A DNA stretch of 49,598 bases from a virus (IMGVR_UViG_3300017716_001243:1-49598); one strand, 5' to 3'. Positions 1 to 8,915 are shown, numbered from the stretch's first letter. Numbers and translations are program-made. Notes: generated from the letters alone by a model not told the origin.

Positions 1-123
1 CGGTTCCCCCGAGAATTCCGGCCCGAGCCCGACACCATCTACAATGCGGCCTTGGCAGGGCATCAGAAGCACGTCTATGGCCCCGGGCTCGAGGCTGCTG
101 GCTTCAAGCTGGTGCAGACCTCC
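1..123. repeat. Terminal direct repeat, identical to 49476-49598; circular assembly overlap
   Basis: Exact 123-bp identity; an ORF starting at 49338 reads through the junction to TGA at 181-183. Confidence 0.95.
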
Positions 124-183
124 ATCAACCCCAATACGTTCAGGGAGATCAACCTCTACGTGCTCGCGCCGGGTGACTTCTGA
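1..183 (+). CDS. 3' part of a hypothetical protein starting at 49338 (GF/NPNT paralogue family)
   Basis: ...YNAALAGHQKHVYGPGLEAAGFKLVQTSINPNTFREINLYVLAPGDF*; TGATG overlap with the next gene. Confidence 0.8.
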   Translation, partial: RFPREFRPEPDTIYNAALAGHQKHVYGPGLEAAGFKLVQTSINPNTFREINLYVLAPGDF

Positions 184-437
184 TGTTTACCTCTCTTCAT
201 CGTGGCCACTGCTGCGGCATCAACGAGCTGAAAGCTATCGAAAGAGGTGACCTCGCCAAGGGCGGCCTGTACGACAGCTGGTTTCGCACGTACAGCTGGC
301 CGCGCAATATGCAATACCGGGTCCACTGTCCGCACATCAAGCGTAAATGGATGGAGCCTGAGTTGATTGCCGCTGGCTTCATGCTGCTGGCAACCAATGT
401 CCAAGAAACTATTTGGGGCTTGGTGGGGAAAGGCTGA
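183..437 (+). CDS. Hypothetical protein (CCGI...L.AAGF family)
   Basis: 84 aa, TGATG-coupled at both ends. Confidence 0.75.
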   Translation: MFTSLHRGHCCGINELKAIERGDLAKGGLYDSWFRTYSWPRNMQYRVHCPHIKRKWMEPELIAAGFMLLATNVQETIWGLVGKG

Positions 438-679
438 TGCATCACGTAATCATTCTCGGCGGCGTCGGCGTCAGCGGTCGTGCCAAAGCTGTCAGGCAGC
501 GCGCCTTGCTGCAAAACTATAACTACCAACCCGGTCACTCATACGAAGTCGCGCTGGCTGCTGGGCAGAACCATGTGTATCGCGAACTGCTGACTGACTT
601 GGGCTTCGAGTGCAAAATCACGTCCACCAACCCGAATACGGGTAACAGAATTGAAGGATGGTTCAAGAGTGTTGAATAG
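437..679 (+). CDS. Hypothetical protein (GF/NPNT paralogue family)
   Basis: Start moved to ATG 437 (TGATG overlap); YEVALAAGQNHVY...LGF...STNPNTG matches the junction-spanning gene. Confidence 0.75.
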   Translation: MHHVIILGGVGVSGRAKAVRQRALLQNYNYQPGHSYEVALAAGQNHVYRELLTDLGFECKITSTNPNTGNRIEGWFKSVE

Positions 680-1067
680 AATCCTTGTGTACGGCACCCT
701 GCGTGTCGGCCAAGGCGCTTATCAGGCGTTCGGCCTGCATAACTCCACCACGCACCTGGGCCAAGTGCGTATCCCCGGTTCAATGTATCACCTCGGCGGC
801 TTTCCCGGCGTAGTGCTCGACGGTAACGAAGAAGGCGTCCTCTGTGACGTGCTGGAAATTACCGACGCGGCTGCGGTGCCGGATGTGGTCCGTCGATTGG
901 ATGCCTATGAAGGCTACCGGGAAGAATCCCCCGATAACTCCTTGTATCTGCGTAGAGAAGTGACTGCCGGTGAATTTGGCCAAGCCTCCATCTACGAGAT
1001 CAATCGCGACATGGCCGGACGGCACCGCATTGATGGCGGCGATTGGGTGCTGCGTGACGCCGCCTGA
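669..1067 (+). CDS. Gamma-glutamyl cyclotransferase (GGCT/AIG2-like)
   Basis: ILVYGTLR and LDAYEGY motifs; start estimated at GTG 669. Confidence 0.9.
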   Translation: MLNRILVYGTLRVGQGAYQAFGLHNSTTHLGQVRIPGSMYHLGGFPGVVLDGNEEGVLCDVLEITDAAAVPDVVRRLDAYEGYREESPDNSLYLRREVTAGEFGQASIYEINRDMAGRHRIDGGDWVLRDAA

Positions 1068-1878
1068 TATTGATGCCGTACGGGCCTACCTCGTGGCTGC
1101 TGACGAAACCACCAGCATGGGCCGTGTCGTCGGCAATGAGATTCGTCCGGACTCCAATCGGGCCTGTCATGCGCCTCTGAGTCATTTTTACATCAGGGAA
1201 GGTGAGCCGCCAGCCACCATCATGTTCAGCCGTATCGGCAAGATCGGACAGGGTGGACAACAGACAGCTGCCGACAACGGACGCCCGGCAGCCCGTGCCT
1301 TCTTCGACTGGATGTTCGGGCCCGAGTCACCATGGAGGTCTATCACGAAAGACTTCAACAGTGACACGGATTGGTGCCTCAAGCATGGTGTCATTGTCGG
1401 TGACCTTGACACGGCCCCGGCCAACCTCGTCTACAACTTCTTCATCTGCACCCGCTTCCCCGGCGAGTACGCCCTGACGTGTGACTGGTGGTACAAACTC
1501 GTGCAGGCGGGTGTCAAGCCATGGTATGCCTTCTATCTGTGTGCTTTCACGAATCCGGTGGGATTAGGTTATGTCGGTGGTCATGGTGGGTTGAGGATGC
1601 CTGACCCAGTGCGGCTCCGAGACGGAACACCTAACCCAGAAGTACTGACAAAGCCCGGCGGAAAAACAACCCCGGCTGCTGCTGTGTGGGACACTGGGGT
1701 CGACCCTCCTGCGCCCATCTTTGTCGTGGTATCGACCGGAATTGTCAACACGTGGGGTCCGCGCAAACAAATCACCGACACCGACCAAATCAACCCCGAC
1801 TTCAAGGTCCTCGTGGCCGCTTGCATCAAGGAGCAAGAACGCATTGGCACAGAGAGTCAAAAAGACCCCGAAGGCTGA
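1054..1878 (+). CDS. Hypothetical protein in the peptide-ligase cluster
   Basis: Long ORF filling the gap between GGCT and the amidotransferase; GTG start estimated. Confidence 0.75.
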   Translation: MTPPDIDAVRAYLVAADETTSMGRVVGNEIRPDSNRACHAPLSHFYIREGEPPATIMFSRIGKIGQGGQQTAADNGRPAARAFFDWMFGPESPWRSITKDFNSDTDWCLKHGVIVGDLDTAPANLVYNFFICTRFPGEYALTCDWWYKLVQAGVKPWYAFYLCAFTNPVGLGYVGGHGGLRMPDPVRLRDGTPNPEVLTKPGGKTTPAAAVWDTGVDPPAPIFVVVSTGIVNTWGPRKQITDTDQINPDFKVLVAACIKEQERIGTESQKDPEG

Positions 1879-2536
1879 GCCCTTCGACTGGTCCAAGTGG
1901 AAAATCTACGTCCACGGACCCGGCAAGTTCGAGTACATGCGAATGTTCGCCGAACGCGGCCTCATCGGTGCCGACCTCGATGATGCCGATATCGTCTGCT
2001 GGACCGGCGGCGCTGACGTAGACCCGAGCCTGTATGGCGAGAAAAACGCCACGTACCACGGGCGTCCCATGTCCGGCTTCGACCCGGCCCGTGACGATAT
2101 CGACCTTCGCGTCTTCGGCTATGCGGCTGACAAATACAAGGTCGGCATCTGTCGCGGCGGTCAACTGCTGAATGTCGTCAACGGCGGCAAGATGTGGCAG
2201 CATGTGGACAAGCATGCGGGTGCACCCCACGACCTTATCGACACCACCACAGGTCAGGTCGTCCGGGTCACCAGCACCCATCACCAGATGATGCGCCCGG
2301 CCCCCGATGGCATTGTCCTCGCCTATGCGCGGGAAGCCCATATCAAGATCGCCGATGGCGACGAGTGGGACATCAAGAAAGACCATGTCGAACGGCCTGA
2401 AGAGCTGAATGATGTGGAAGTCGTGTGGTACGAGGAGTCCAAATCCTTGTGCTTCCAGCCTCACCCCGAGCACCGCAACCAACAGCCGTGCACGGATTAT
2501 TTCTTCAGCCTCATGGAACGAATGGTGGCCGGTTAA
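1844..2536 (+). CDS. Class I glutamine amidotransferase / peptidase C26-like gamma-glutamyl hydrolase
   Basis: TGGADVDP, GICRGGQ (nucleophile Cys), STHHQ, FQPHPE (His-Glu); AAGGAG before TTG 1844. Confidence 0.9.
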   Translation: MAQRVKKTPKAEPFDWSKWKIYVHGPGKFEYMRMFAERGLIGADLDDADIVCWTGGADVDPSLYGEKNATYHGRPMSGFDPARDDIDLRVFGYAADKYKVGICRGGQLLNVVNGGKMWQHVDKHAGAPHDLIDTTTGQVVRVTSTHHQMMRPAPDGIVLAYAREAHIKIADGDEWDIKKDHVERPEELNDVEVVWYEESKSLCFQPHPEHRNQQPCTDYFFSLMERMVAG

Positions 2537-3972
2537 TGTGTGGACTCGTAGGGGCAGCTGGCTACACCAGCAATAAAGACCCGGATATCTTCCGTGACAT
2601 GATCTGGGTCGATGGGCTCAGGGGCTTGCACAGCACGGGTGCAGCATTCATCGACATCACCGCCGGTGTGGCCGAGGTCATCAAGAAGGCCGGGACTCCC
2701 GTGCAACTCTTCGCCGAGCAACGGTTCCGCGAATGTCTATCACCCCGGTTCGACGTGTTCATCGGTCATAACCGCTTCGCCACCGTCGGTGAACGCAATG
2801 ACGCCAATGCTCACCCGTTCGACTTCTCCAATATCGTCGGGGCCCACAACGGAACCCTCGAATACCGGGCCCGCAAGGCACTCATCGACAACGAGAAGTA
2901 CGGCACCGACTCCGAGGCCCTGTTCCACAACCTCAACGAATTCTCGGTCGAAGAAGTCATCGGCGAAATGTCCGGCGCATGGGCCCTCGTCTGGTACGAC
3001 AAGCGCAACAACACCATCAACTTCCTTCGCAACAATCAGCGGCCTCTCGCCTACACGTTCAGCGATGACGGCAAGATGATTTATTGGGCCAGTGAGCCCG
3101 GTCTTCTGCGCTGGATTCTGGGGCGTGACCCCCACAACGTCAAGCACGGCGAAATCTATACGCCGAAGCCGGACACATGGATCAGCTTCACCGTGCCCGT
3201 TTATAAAGAAGTGTTCGGCGAGCCTCGAATCACGGAGGTCAAAGGGTGGGTCCGGCCCCCTTTCGTCTACCAAAACTCAGTAAGAAACTCAAGCGACGAG
3301 CTGCCGTGGACCGACGGGCAGGAGATGTGGGAACTGGACTTCATGGGGTACGACCCCAGTCAACAGAGACTGCAGCTGGCTCCCCCGACTATTGGCCCCG
3401 GCGCTCGGCAGGGCTCGCCGGTAATGGAAAGTGGAAGCCCACTGGTGAAGCCAAACGGGCAGCCGTTGAAGGGAAGCGGCTGCGACGAGAAGCCAAAAGG
3501 GCTCGCCGAGCGGATCGCCTTGCAGCGCGCCAAGCGGCAAGCCGGGATGTCCATAGCCCCGACTGACCCCGTGGCCATTGCTGGTCGTGCCTCCCTCGAT
3601 AAAGCCTATCAGGAGGGGTGGCAGGCTGGTGAGCAGGGCTTGTCCAAAAGTAACTGTACTTACCCTCCTGGCTCTCAGCATCGCTCTGAGTGGGACCAAG
3701 GGCGACTGGCCGGACTCCAAAGCTATCGACCCGCCGTCGACAAGGACCCGTTCGTGGGATCGGCTGATGGAGCCCGAACCATCAAGGGCTTCAATAACGA
3801 ACTCATCTCCGCTCGGGTCTTCATGGACCGTACCGGAGGTACATGTCAGTGGAAAGGATGTAACATCGAGCCCACCGATAATGTGAAGTGGTTCGACCGT
3901 GACGGGGCCGTCTGTGAAAGCTGCCTCAGCGACAGTAAACTCGTGCGTGAACTCATTGGAAAGGCTGCCTAA
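2536..3972 (+). CDS. Class II (Ntn) glutamine amidotransferase with long C-terminal extension (Rmf-like module and Zn finger)
   Basis: N-terminal MCGLVG, GHNRFAT, AHPF, HNGTL, TDSE; C-terminal CQWKGC...CESC. Confidence 0.9.
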   Translation: MCGLVGAAGYTSNKDPDIFRDMIWVDGLRGLHSTGAAFIDITAGVAEVIKKAGTPVQLFAEQRFRECLSPRFDVFIGHNRFATVGERNDANAHPFDFSNIVGAHNGTLEYRARKALIDNEKYGTDSEALFHNLNEFSVEEVIGEMSGAWALVWYDKRNNTINFLRNNQRPLAYTFSDDGKMIYWASEPGLLRWILGRDPHNVKHGEIYTPKPDTWISFTVPVYKEVFGEPRITEVKGWVRPPFVYQNSVRNSSDELPWTDGQEMWELDFMGYDPSQQRLQLAPPTIGPGARQGSPVMESGSPLVKPNGQPLKGSGCDEKPKGLAERIALQRAKRQAGMSIAPTDPVAIAGRASLDKAYQEGWQAGEQGLSKSNCTYPPGSQHRSEWDQGRLAGLQSYRPAVDKDPFVGSADGARTIKGFNNELISARVFMDRTGGTCQWKGCNIEPTDNVKWFDRDGAVCESCLSDSKLVRELIGKAA

Positions 3973-3973
3973 A

Positions 3974-4339
3974 ATGTTTAAAATTGGTGATAAGGTCAAC
4001 TTCATACCCAAAACGGGTTTCTGTCTGAGTTGGATGGAGGGGCCGTTTGAGGTTACCACAGCAACAAAAACCCATATCAGGGTCAAAACGACCGACCATA
4101 CCCTGAATCAGTACGACTACAAGATCGAGGATTTCGAACTCGCGGTTACGGAGGAGACGCCGCAAGAACTGGCCAACCAACTTCGAGCTGCTCGGATTCG
4201 AGCCTATGAAATTTCCGGCAAGCTCCGTGCGCTCGGGTTCACGCTGACAGTTGCGCGGCAACAAATTTACAATCTTCCGGAACCCGGTGAAATCACCATC
4301 GAGAAAACGACTACCGTCGTCACGAAGGAAAGCCTCTAA
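3974..4339 (+). CDS. Hypothetical protein (SH3/KOW-like start)
   Basis: MFKIGDKVNF start directly after the upstream stop. Confidence 0.7.
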   Translation: MFKIGDKVNFIPKTGFCLSWMEGPFEVTTATKTHIRVKTTDHTLNQYDYKIEDFELAVTEETPQELANQLRAARIRAYEISGKLRALGFTLTVARQQIYNLPEPGEITIEKTTTVVTKESL

Positions 4340-4342
4340 CCT

Positions 4343-5158
4343 ATGCAAATCAAAGTCGGCGCTGACCCGGAACTGTTCACCCGCTCGAAAGAGACGGGTC
4401 TTTTCGTGTCCGCACACAACATGCTCTCCGGCACCAAGGAGAATCCGACCCCGGTCAGGCGTGGTGCCCTGCAGATCGACGGCACGGCCCTCGAATTCAA
4501 CATTGACCCGGCCCTCAGCTGCGACGAATTTGTCAACAACATCGCCGAGGTCAGGGCTCAGATGGCCGAGGCGGTCGGCAAGTTCAATGTCGATATCGTG
4601 GCCGAGCCGGTGGCCGAGTTCGACCCCGAGTACTTCCGCAAGCTCCCGGCCCGTGCCGTGGAACTAGGATGCAACCCTGACTTCAACGCGTGGGACCTCG
4701 AACCGAACCCCGTGCCCGATGCCGAGGTCATGTTCCGCACGGGTTCCGGTCACATTCACGTCGGCTGGGGCGAAGGCTTCAACATCAACGACGACGATCA
4801 CTTCATGGCCTGTGTCAATGCGACGCGCCAGATGGACTACTATGTCGGCCTCGCCAGCCTGATGTGGGACCCCGACAACCGCCGCCGTGAACTCTACGGC
4901 AAGGCCGGTGCCATGCGTCCGAAGCCCTATGGTTTCGAGTATCGTGTGGCCAGCAACATGTGGCTTCGTTCCGAGGCTCTTCAACGCTTCGTCTACAACG
5001 CCACTGTCAAGGCGATGGACGACCTGATGGCGGGCAACGACAAGAGCGCGCAGTTCGGCCCACTGGCGCAGGAACTCATCAACAACAATGTCACTGACTG
5101 GCACGACAAGTACGACTTCGAGACCGGTCTGGACTACAGCCAGCTGAAGGCAGCCTGA
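4343..5158 (+). CDS. phiEco32-like COOH-NH2 ligase type 2 (glutamine synthetase-like amidoligase)
   Basis: GADPELF, QIDG.ALEFNI.P, LGCNPDFNAW, GHIHVG, RRELYGKAG..R.KPYG.EYR. Confidence 0.9.
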   Translation: MQIKVGADPELFTRSKETGLFVSAHNMLSGTKENPTPVRRGALQIDGTALEFNIDPALSCDEFVNNIAEVRAQMAEAVGKFNVDIVAEPVAEFDPEYFRKLPARAVELGCNPDFNAWDLEPNPVPDAEVMFRTGSGHIHVGWGEGFNINDDDHFMACVNATRQMDYYVGLASLMWDPDNRRRELYGKAGAMRPKPYGFEYRVASNMWLRSEALQRFVYNATVKAMDDLMAGNDKSAQFGPLAQELINNNVTDWHDKYDFETGLDYSQLKAA

Positions 5159-5292
5159 TGGAAGACGAAGACGATATCCTCTGGGACGAAGACGACTTCA
5201 ACCCGCAGCAAGATGATGACGATATCATCGAAGAATACACCCCGCCCGAATACGAGGGCCCCTATGCCGGTGAAGGCGGTATCGATTTCTGA
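5158..5292 (+). CDS. 44-aa hyper-acidic peptide (absent from the ORF track)
   Basis: MEDEDDILWDEDDFNPQQDDDDIIEEYTPPEYEGPYAGEGGIDF*; TGATG-coupled to both neighbours. Confidence 0.8.
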   Translation: MEDEDDILWDEDDFNPQQDDDDIIEEYTPPEYEGPYAGEGGIDF

Positions 5293-5903
5293 TGTATGAC
5301 CGCGCAGACGACGCCAACACCTACCTGCGGCACACCGTGTGCTACTGGGACGGCGAACCCATCTACATCGAACGGGTCGGCGGTGACTTCCAGATGAGCT
5401 ACTACGTGCTGCCCATCACGAACATGTCCGACCTCCAATACGGTGACGTTCGTGATCCCCGGTTCAACTGCAAGCAGTACCAGCTGGGTTACATGAACAG
5501 CACCAAGATGGGCATGAGCTTCCATGTGACCCGTCGACCGGCCCGCCAAGTCCAGCAGGGTTTGTGTGACAACAACACCTCGTTCATCGGTGACCTCAGC
5601 CCCTACGACGACCGTATGGGTATCGGTCAGGCCATTCGCGACCCCGGTTTCGTGGCCATGCTCAAGGGTTCGTACCCCACGATGGAGGAGACGCGGGCCC
5701 GACTGGAAGATCGCAAGGTCAAGTCCATCGCGGTCAGCCCTCAGCTGGCGGTCAAGCGACACCCGCAGTTCACCAACCTGCACTTCCTCGAATACAAGGG
5801 GCGCGAAATCTCGTTCAGTGAGACCCTCGAGTTCGCCCTGCCTGATGAGTTCAAATATCTGCGCGAAATCTGTGCGCCAACCGGAGTCCTGAGAGCAGCA
5901 TAA
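5292..5903 (+). CDS. Hypothetical protein of the phage amidoligase cluster
   Basis: 203 aa; LGYMN and RRPARQVQQGL motifs; coupled to its neighbours. Confidence 0.8.
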   Translation: MYDRADDANTYLRHTVCYWDGEPIYIERVGGDFQMSYYVLPITNMSDLQYGDVRDPRFNCKQYQLGYMNSTKMGMSFHVTRRPARQVQQGLCDNNTSFIGDLSPYDDRMGIGQAIRDPGFVAMLKGSYPTMEETRARLEDRKVKSIAVSPQLAVKRHPQFTNLHFLEYKGREISFSETLEFALPDEFKYLREICAPTGVLRAA

Positions 5904-7000
5904 TGGCCAAAAACAAAGTTGAGTACGCCGACACTCTTCTCGAACGCGTGTTCCGGTGGGAGCGTTTCCCCAAGGGTGAAGTCGGCATCGAGGTTGAAGT
6001 CGAGGGCGGCCCGTGGCCCGAGGAGGTCATCACCAACTGGACACCTCACGCCGACGGCTCCCTCCGCAACGGCATCGAGTATGTCATTCGTCAACCCGTC
6101 ATGCGTGACCGGGTTCGGTCCGCCTTGGATACGCTGGTCGCTGGACTGGCCGGACGCAATCTGGTCTTCTCCTTCCGCACCTCCATCCATGTGCACATCA
6201 ACGTGCAGGACATGACCGTCCGCCAATGGGTCAACTTCATCTCCCTCTTCTGTATCTTCGAGGAGGCGCTGGTCAATGTCGTCGGCCCCGAGCGCGCAGG
6301 CAACAAGTTCTGTCTCCGTCTCAAGGACGCTGAGGAACCGCTGCAGCGCGTGGTCGACGGTCTCAAGGCCCAGAACCTCTCAGTGCACATCAACGGTGAC
6401 CTCAAGTATGCCTCGATGAACGTCAAGGCAACGCGCACCCATGGCACCCTCGAGTTCAGGGCCATGCGCGGCAACTTGGACCCGGCGTTCATCAACGACT
6501 GGGTCATGGTTCTCGCGGGTCTCAAGGACGCGGCCAAGAAGGCCAACTCGCCGACGCTCTTCATCGAGGAGCTGTCCATGATGGGGCCCGCAGCCTTTGC
6601 TGCCAAGTATCTTCCTGTCAACAACAGTATCACCCGGGGCGTCCTGATGCAGGCCGACCTCAACGACCTGCTGTATGGTGGTGTGCGCCTAGCCCAAGAC
6701 CTAGCTTATAGTCAGGAGTGGCCCGAGCCCGGTGTAGCTGATAGCCCTCGTAGGCGACCTGATGAGATCGATGAGGAGGCGGTTCCGGCCCCAGAGGGCC
6801 TTAATTTCCTCGGTGGTGAGCCAGCTCAAATCAATTGGGCTGATCTTCGTATCCCGATTCAACAGGGACGCCCGCCGCGACGCCGACGAGTGGCTCCGGT
6901 AGCGGCTCCGATAGCACCCGGCGGCGTGATGGCCGACCATATCGATTGGGACCAATTCGTTCGTCCCGCCCCCATGTTCATTGAGGATGACAACTTCTGA
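5903..7000 (+). CDS. Putative amidoligase (Amidoligase_2-type COOH-NH2 ligase)
   Basis: GIEVEVE, DGSLR, EYV, SIHVH, KYASMN, GTLEFR. Confidence 0.88.
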   Translation: MAKNKVEYADTLLERVFRWERFPKGEVGIEVEVEGGPWPEEVITNWTPHADGSLRNGIEYVIRQPVMRDRVRSALDTLVAGLAGRNLVFSFRTSIHVHINVQDMTVRQWVNFISLFCIFEEALVNVVGPERAGNKFCLRLKDAEEPLQRVVDGLKAQNLSVHINGDLKYASMNVKATRTHGTLEFRAMRGNLDPAFINDWVMVLAGLKDAAKKANSPTLFIEELSMMGPAAFAAKYLPVNNSITRGVLMQADLNDLLYGGVRLAQDLAYSQEWPEPGVADSPRRRPDEIDEEAVPAPEGLNFLGGEPAQINWADLRIPIQQGRPPRRRRVAPVAAPIAPGGVMADHIDWDQFVRPAPMFIEDDNF

Positions 7001-7770
7001 TGCCCCTGAATATCTTCGCCCATAACCCCAACTCCGAGGGTGCACGCGCACTGGCTAACATCCTCGGTATCCGCCGCATTCGCCGCGAGGGTTCCCGATA
7101 CGTCGGCAATCGCAACAAGACCGTCATCAACTGGGGGTCCAGCCAGCTGCCCGCGAATGTGGCTGCTGCGACCGTTATCAACAAGCCGGAGGCCGTGGCC
7201 CGTGTATCAAATAAACTCCTGTTCTTTCAAACATGTGCTAACGCTGGTGCCCCTCGCATCCCCGAATTCACCACGAGTCGTGAGCAAGTTCGGACGTGGC
7301 TGGAAGCCGGAAAAAAGGTGGTCGCTCGTACAGTGCTACAAGGTCACAGTGGCGCTGGTATCGTAATTCTTGAGGGCGCGGGGGTTGACATTCCCGCAGC
7401 TCCGCTGTATACTGTGTACGTGCCGAAGAAAGAAGAATGGCGCATTCACGTCTACCGCGACGGCGACCAGCTTCATGTCATGGACAGTCAGCGCAAGATT
7501 CGTGACCCGCAATTCGAGGGCGTCCCCGACTGGAATGTCCGCAGCCACGCCAATGGCTTCATCTTTGCCCGTGAGGTTGCCCCGCCTAACCCCGACGTTT
7601 TGCATCAGGCGGTCAGGGCCCTCGAGGTCTCAGGACTGGACTTCGGTGCGGTCGATGTCATCTGGAACCAGCAGAATGGTCAGGCGTATGTGCTCGAGAT
7701 CAACACGGCCCCGGGACTCGCGGGACAAACTATCACGAGTTATGCGAATGCCTTCCGGAGGTTCCTGTGA
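7000..7770 (+). CDS. ATP-grasp peptide ligase (RimK/GshB-like)
   Basis: INWGSS, NKL, EWRIHV, LDFGAVDV, VLEINTAPG. Confidence 0.9.
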   Translation: MPLNIFAHNPNSEGARALANILGIRRIRREGSRYVGNRNKTVINWGSSQLPANVAAATVINKPEAVARVSNKLLFFQTCANAGAPRIPEFTTSREQVRTWLEAGKKVVARTVLQGHSGAGIVILEGAGVDIPAAPLYTVYVPKKEEWRIHVYRDGDQLHVMDSQRKIRDPQFEGVPDWNVRSHANGFIFAREVAPPNPDVLHQAVRALEVSGLDFGAVDVIWNQQNGQAYVLEINTAPGLAGQTITSYANAFRRFL

Positions 7771-7907
7771 AATACTACATCCACGTCCCCGATGACGGCT
7801 CCGGTCGCGCCGTGGTGAAAAATGAGAACGGCTGGGTCTATTGCCGGGTGCCCCTCGACAAGGCCCGTGAAATTGTCAAACAACTGAACGAAGAAGAGGA
7901 CGAGTAA
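7767..7907 (+). CDS. Small hypothetical protein, 46 aa
   Basis: GGAGG RBS, GTGA overlap; MKYYIHVPDDGSG...EEEDE. Confidence 0.65.
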   Translation: MKYYIHVPDDGSGRAVVKNENGWVYCRVPLDKAREIVKQLNEEEDE

Positions 7908-8102
7908 ATCTCCCCATGCTACATTTGCGGGTCCCCGATTGAGGAACTCCGCCTAGACCATCGAGACATGAAGACGCGGCCCTGCAGCCATTGCGAGGCG
8001 GTTATTCAAGAGATGGTGAACGAGAAAGATGACGAGTACGAGTTCGTCACTGATGAAGAGTTTAACGAAGAAGAGAGTGTTGAAGATGCGATTGTTCCGT
8101 AA
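7908..8102 (+). CDS. Small Zn-finger protein with acidic tail, apparent ATC start
   Basis: CYIC...CSHC; in-frame TAA immediately upstream; GAGGA 7 nt before the ATC. Confidence 0.6.
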   Translation: MSPCYICGSPIEELRLDHRDMKTRPCSHCEAVIQEMVNEKDDEYEFVTDEEFNEEESVEDAIVP

Positions 8103-8271
8103 CCATTGGGACCTTTACAAAAATCCAAATATCGATGTCCGCTTGAATCTTTGGTCATGGGTCTTTGGTGTCAAGTTTGCCCTGTGCTTCGTCGACCTTC
8201 ACTTCGGGCCGCTGGCTATCAGCATCACCACACGCAAGCACATCATGCTGGCCAGCGGAGGGGCCGCTTAA
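8086..8271 (+). CDS. Small hypothetical protein
   Basis: MRLFRNHWDL...; fills the gap before thyX. Confidence 0.55.
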   Translation: MRLFRNHWDLYKNPNIDVRLNLWSWVFGVKFALCFVDLHFGPLAISITTRKHIMLASGGAA

Positions 8272-8273
8272 AG

Positions 8274-8915
8274 TTGAAAATAGAACTAATCTGGGCGACC
8301 CCGAATGGCGACGAACTAGTTGCCAAGATGGCGCGGGTGTCGAACCCCAAGAATGAAAACAACAATGAGACAGCGCCAAGGCTCATCTCCTACCTGATGC
8401 GTAACAAGCATTGGTCCCCCTTTGAAATGGTGAACGCCTGTGTCCTCATTGAAGTGCCGCGAGATATTGGACGTCAACTACTTCGACATCGTTCGTTCTC
8501 GTTCCAAGAGTTCTCGGGCCGTTATGCGGCATATGACGACCTCTATGCACAGCGGGAGGGTCGACTTCAAGATACAGCAAATCGGCAAAACTCGCTTCCT
8601 CTTGTCGACAGGGCGAAAGAAGTTCTTTGGGTCGGGCTGGTCTCGACGGTTCGAGCTGCGTGCCTCCAAGCCTACCGAACTGCACTCGATATGGGAATCG
8701 CTAAAGAAGTCGCCCGAGCCCTTCTACCCGAGGGTCTCATACCCAGCCGGATGTACGTCAACGGCAATCTTCGGAGCTGGGTTCACTATTGGGCTGTGAG
8801 GTGCGACCCGGCGACCCAGAAAGAGCACCGTGAACTGGCCGAGGCGACCCGCGAGTTGATCTTGGCTGAATACCCAATGATTGCTGAGGCTCTTAACAAT
8901 GACGGAAACGGCTAG
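8274..8915 (+). CDS. thyX: Flavin-dependent thymidylate synthase
   Basis: HWSPFE, RQLLRHRSFSFQEFSGRY, EVARALLP; TTG start after GGAGG. Confidence 0.95.
   Translation: MKIELIWATPNGDELVAKMARVSNPKNENNNETAPRLISYLMRNKHWSPFEMVNACVLIEVPRDIGRQLLRHRSFSFQEFSGRYAAYDDLYAQREGRLQDTANRQNSLPLVDRAKEVLWVGLVSTVRAACLQAYRTALDMGIAKEVARALLPEGLIPSRMYVNGNLRSWVHYWAVRCDPATQKEHRELAEATRELILAEYPMIAEALNNDGNG

Noticed and set aside
1-123. Terminal repeat as a biological DTR
   Set aside because: It lies inside a continuous ORF in mid-operon; an assembly overlap is more likely
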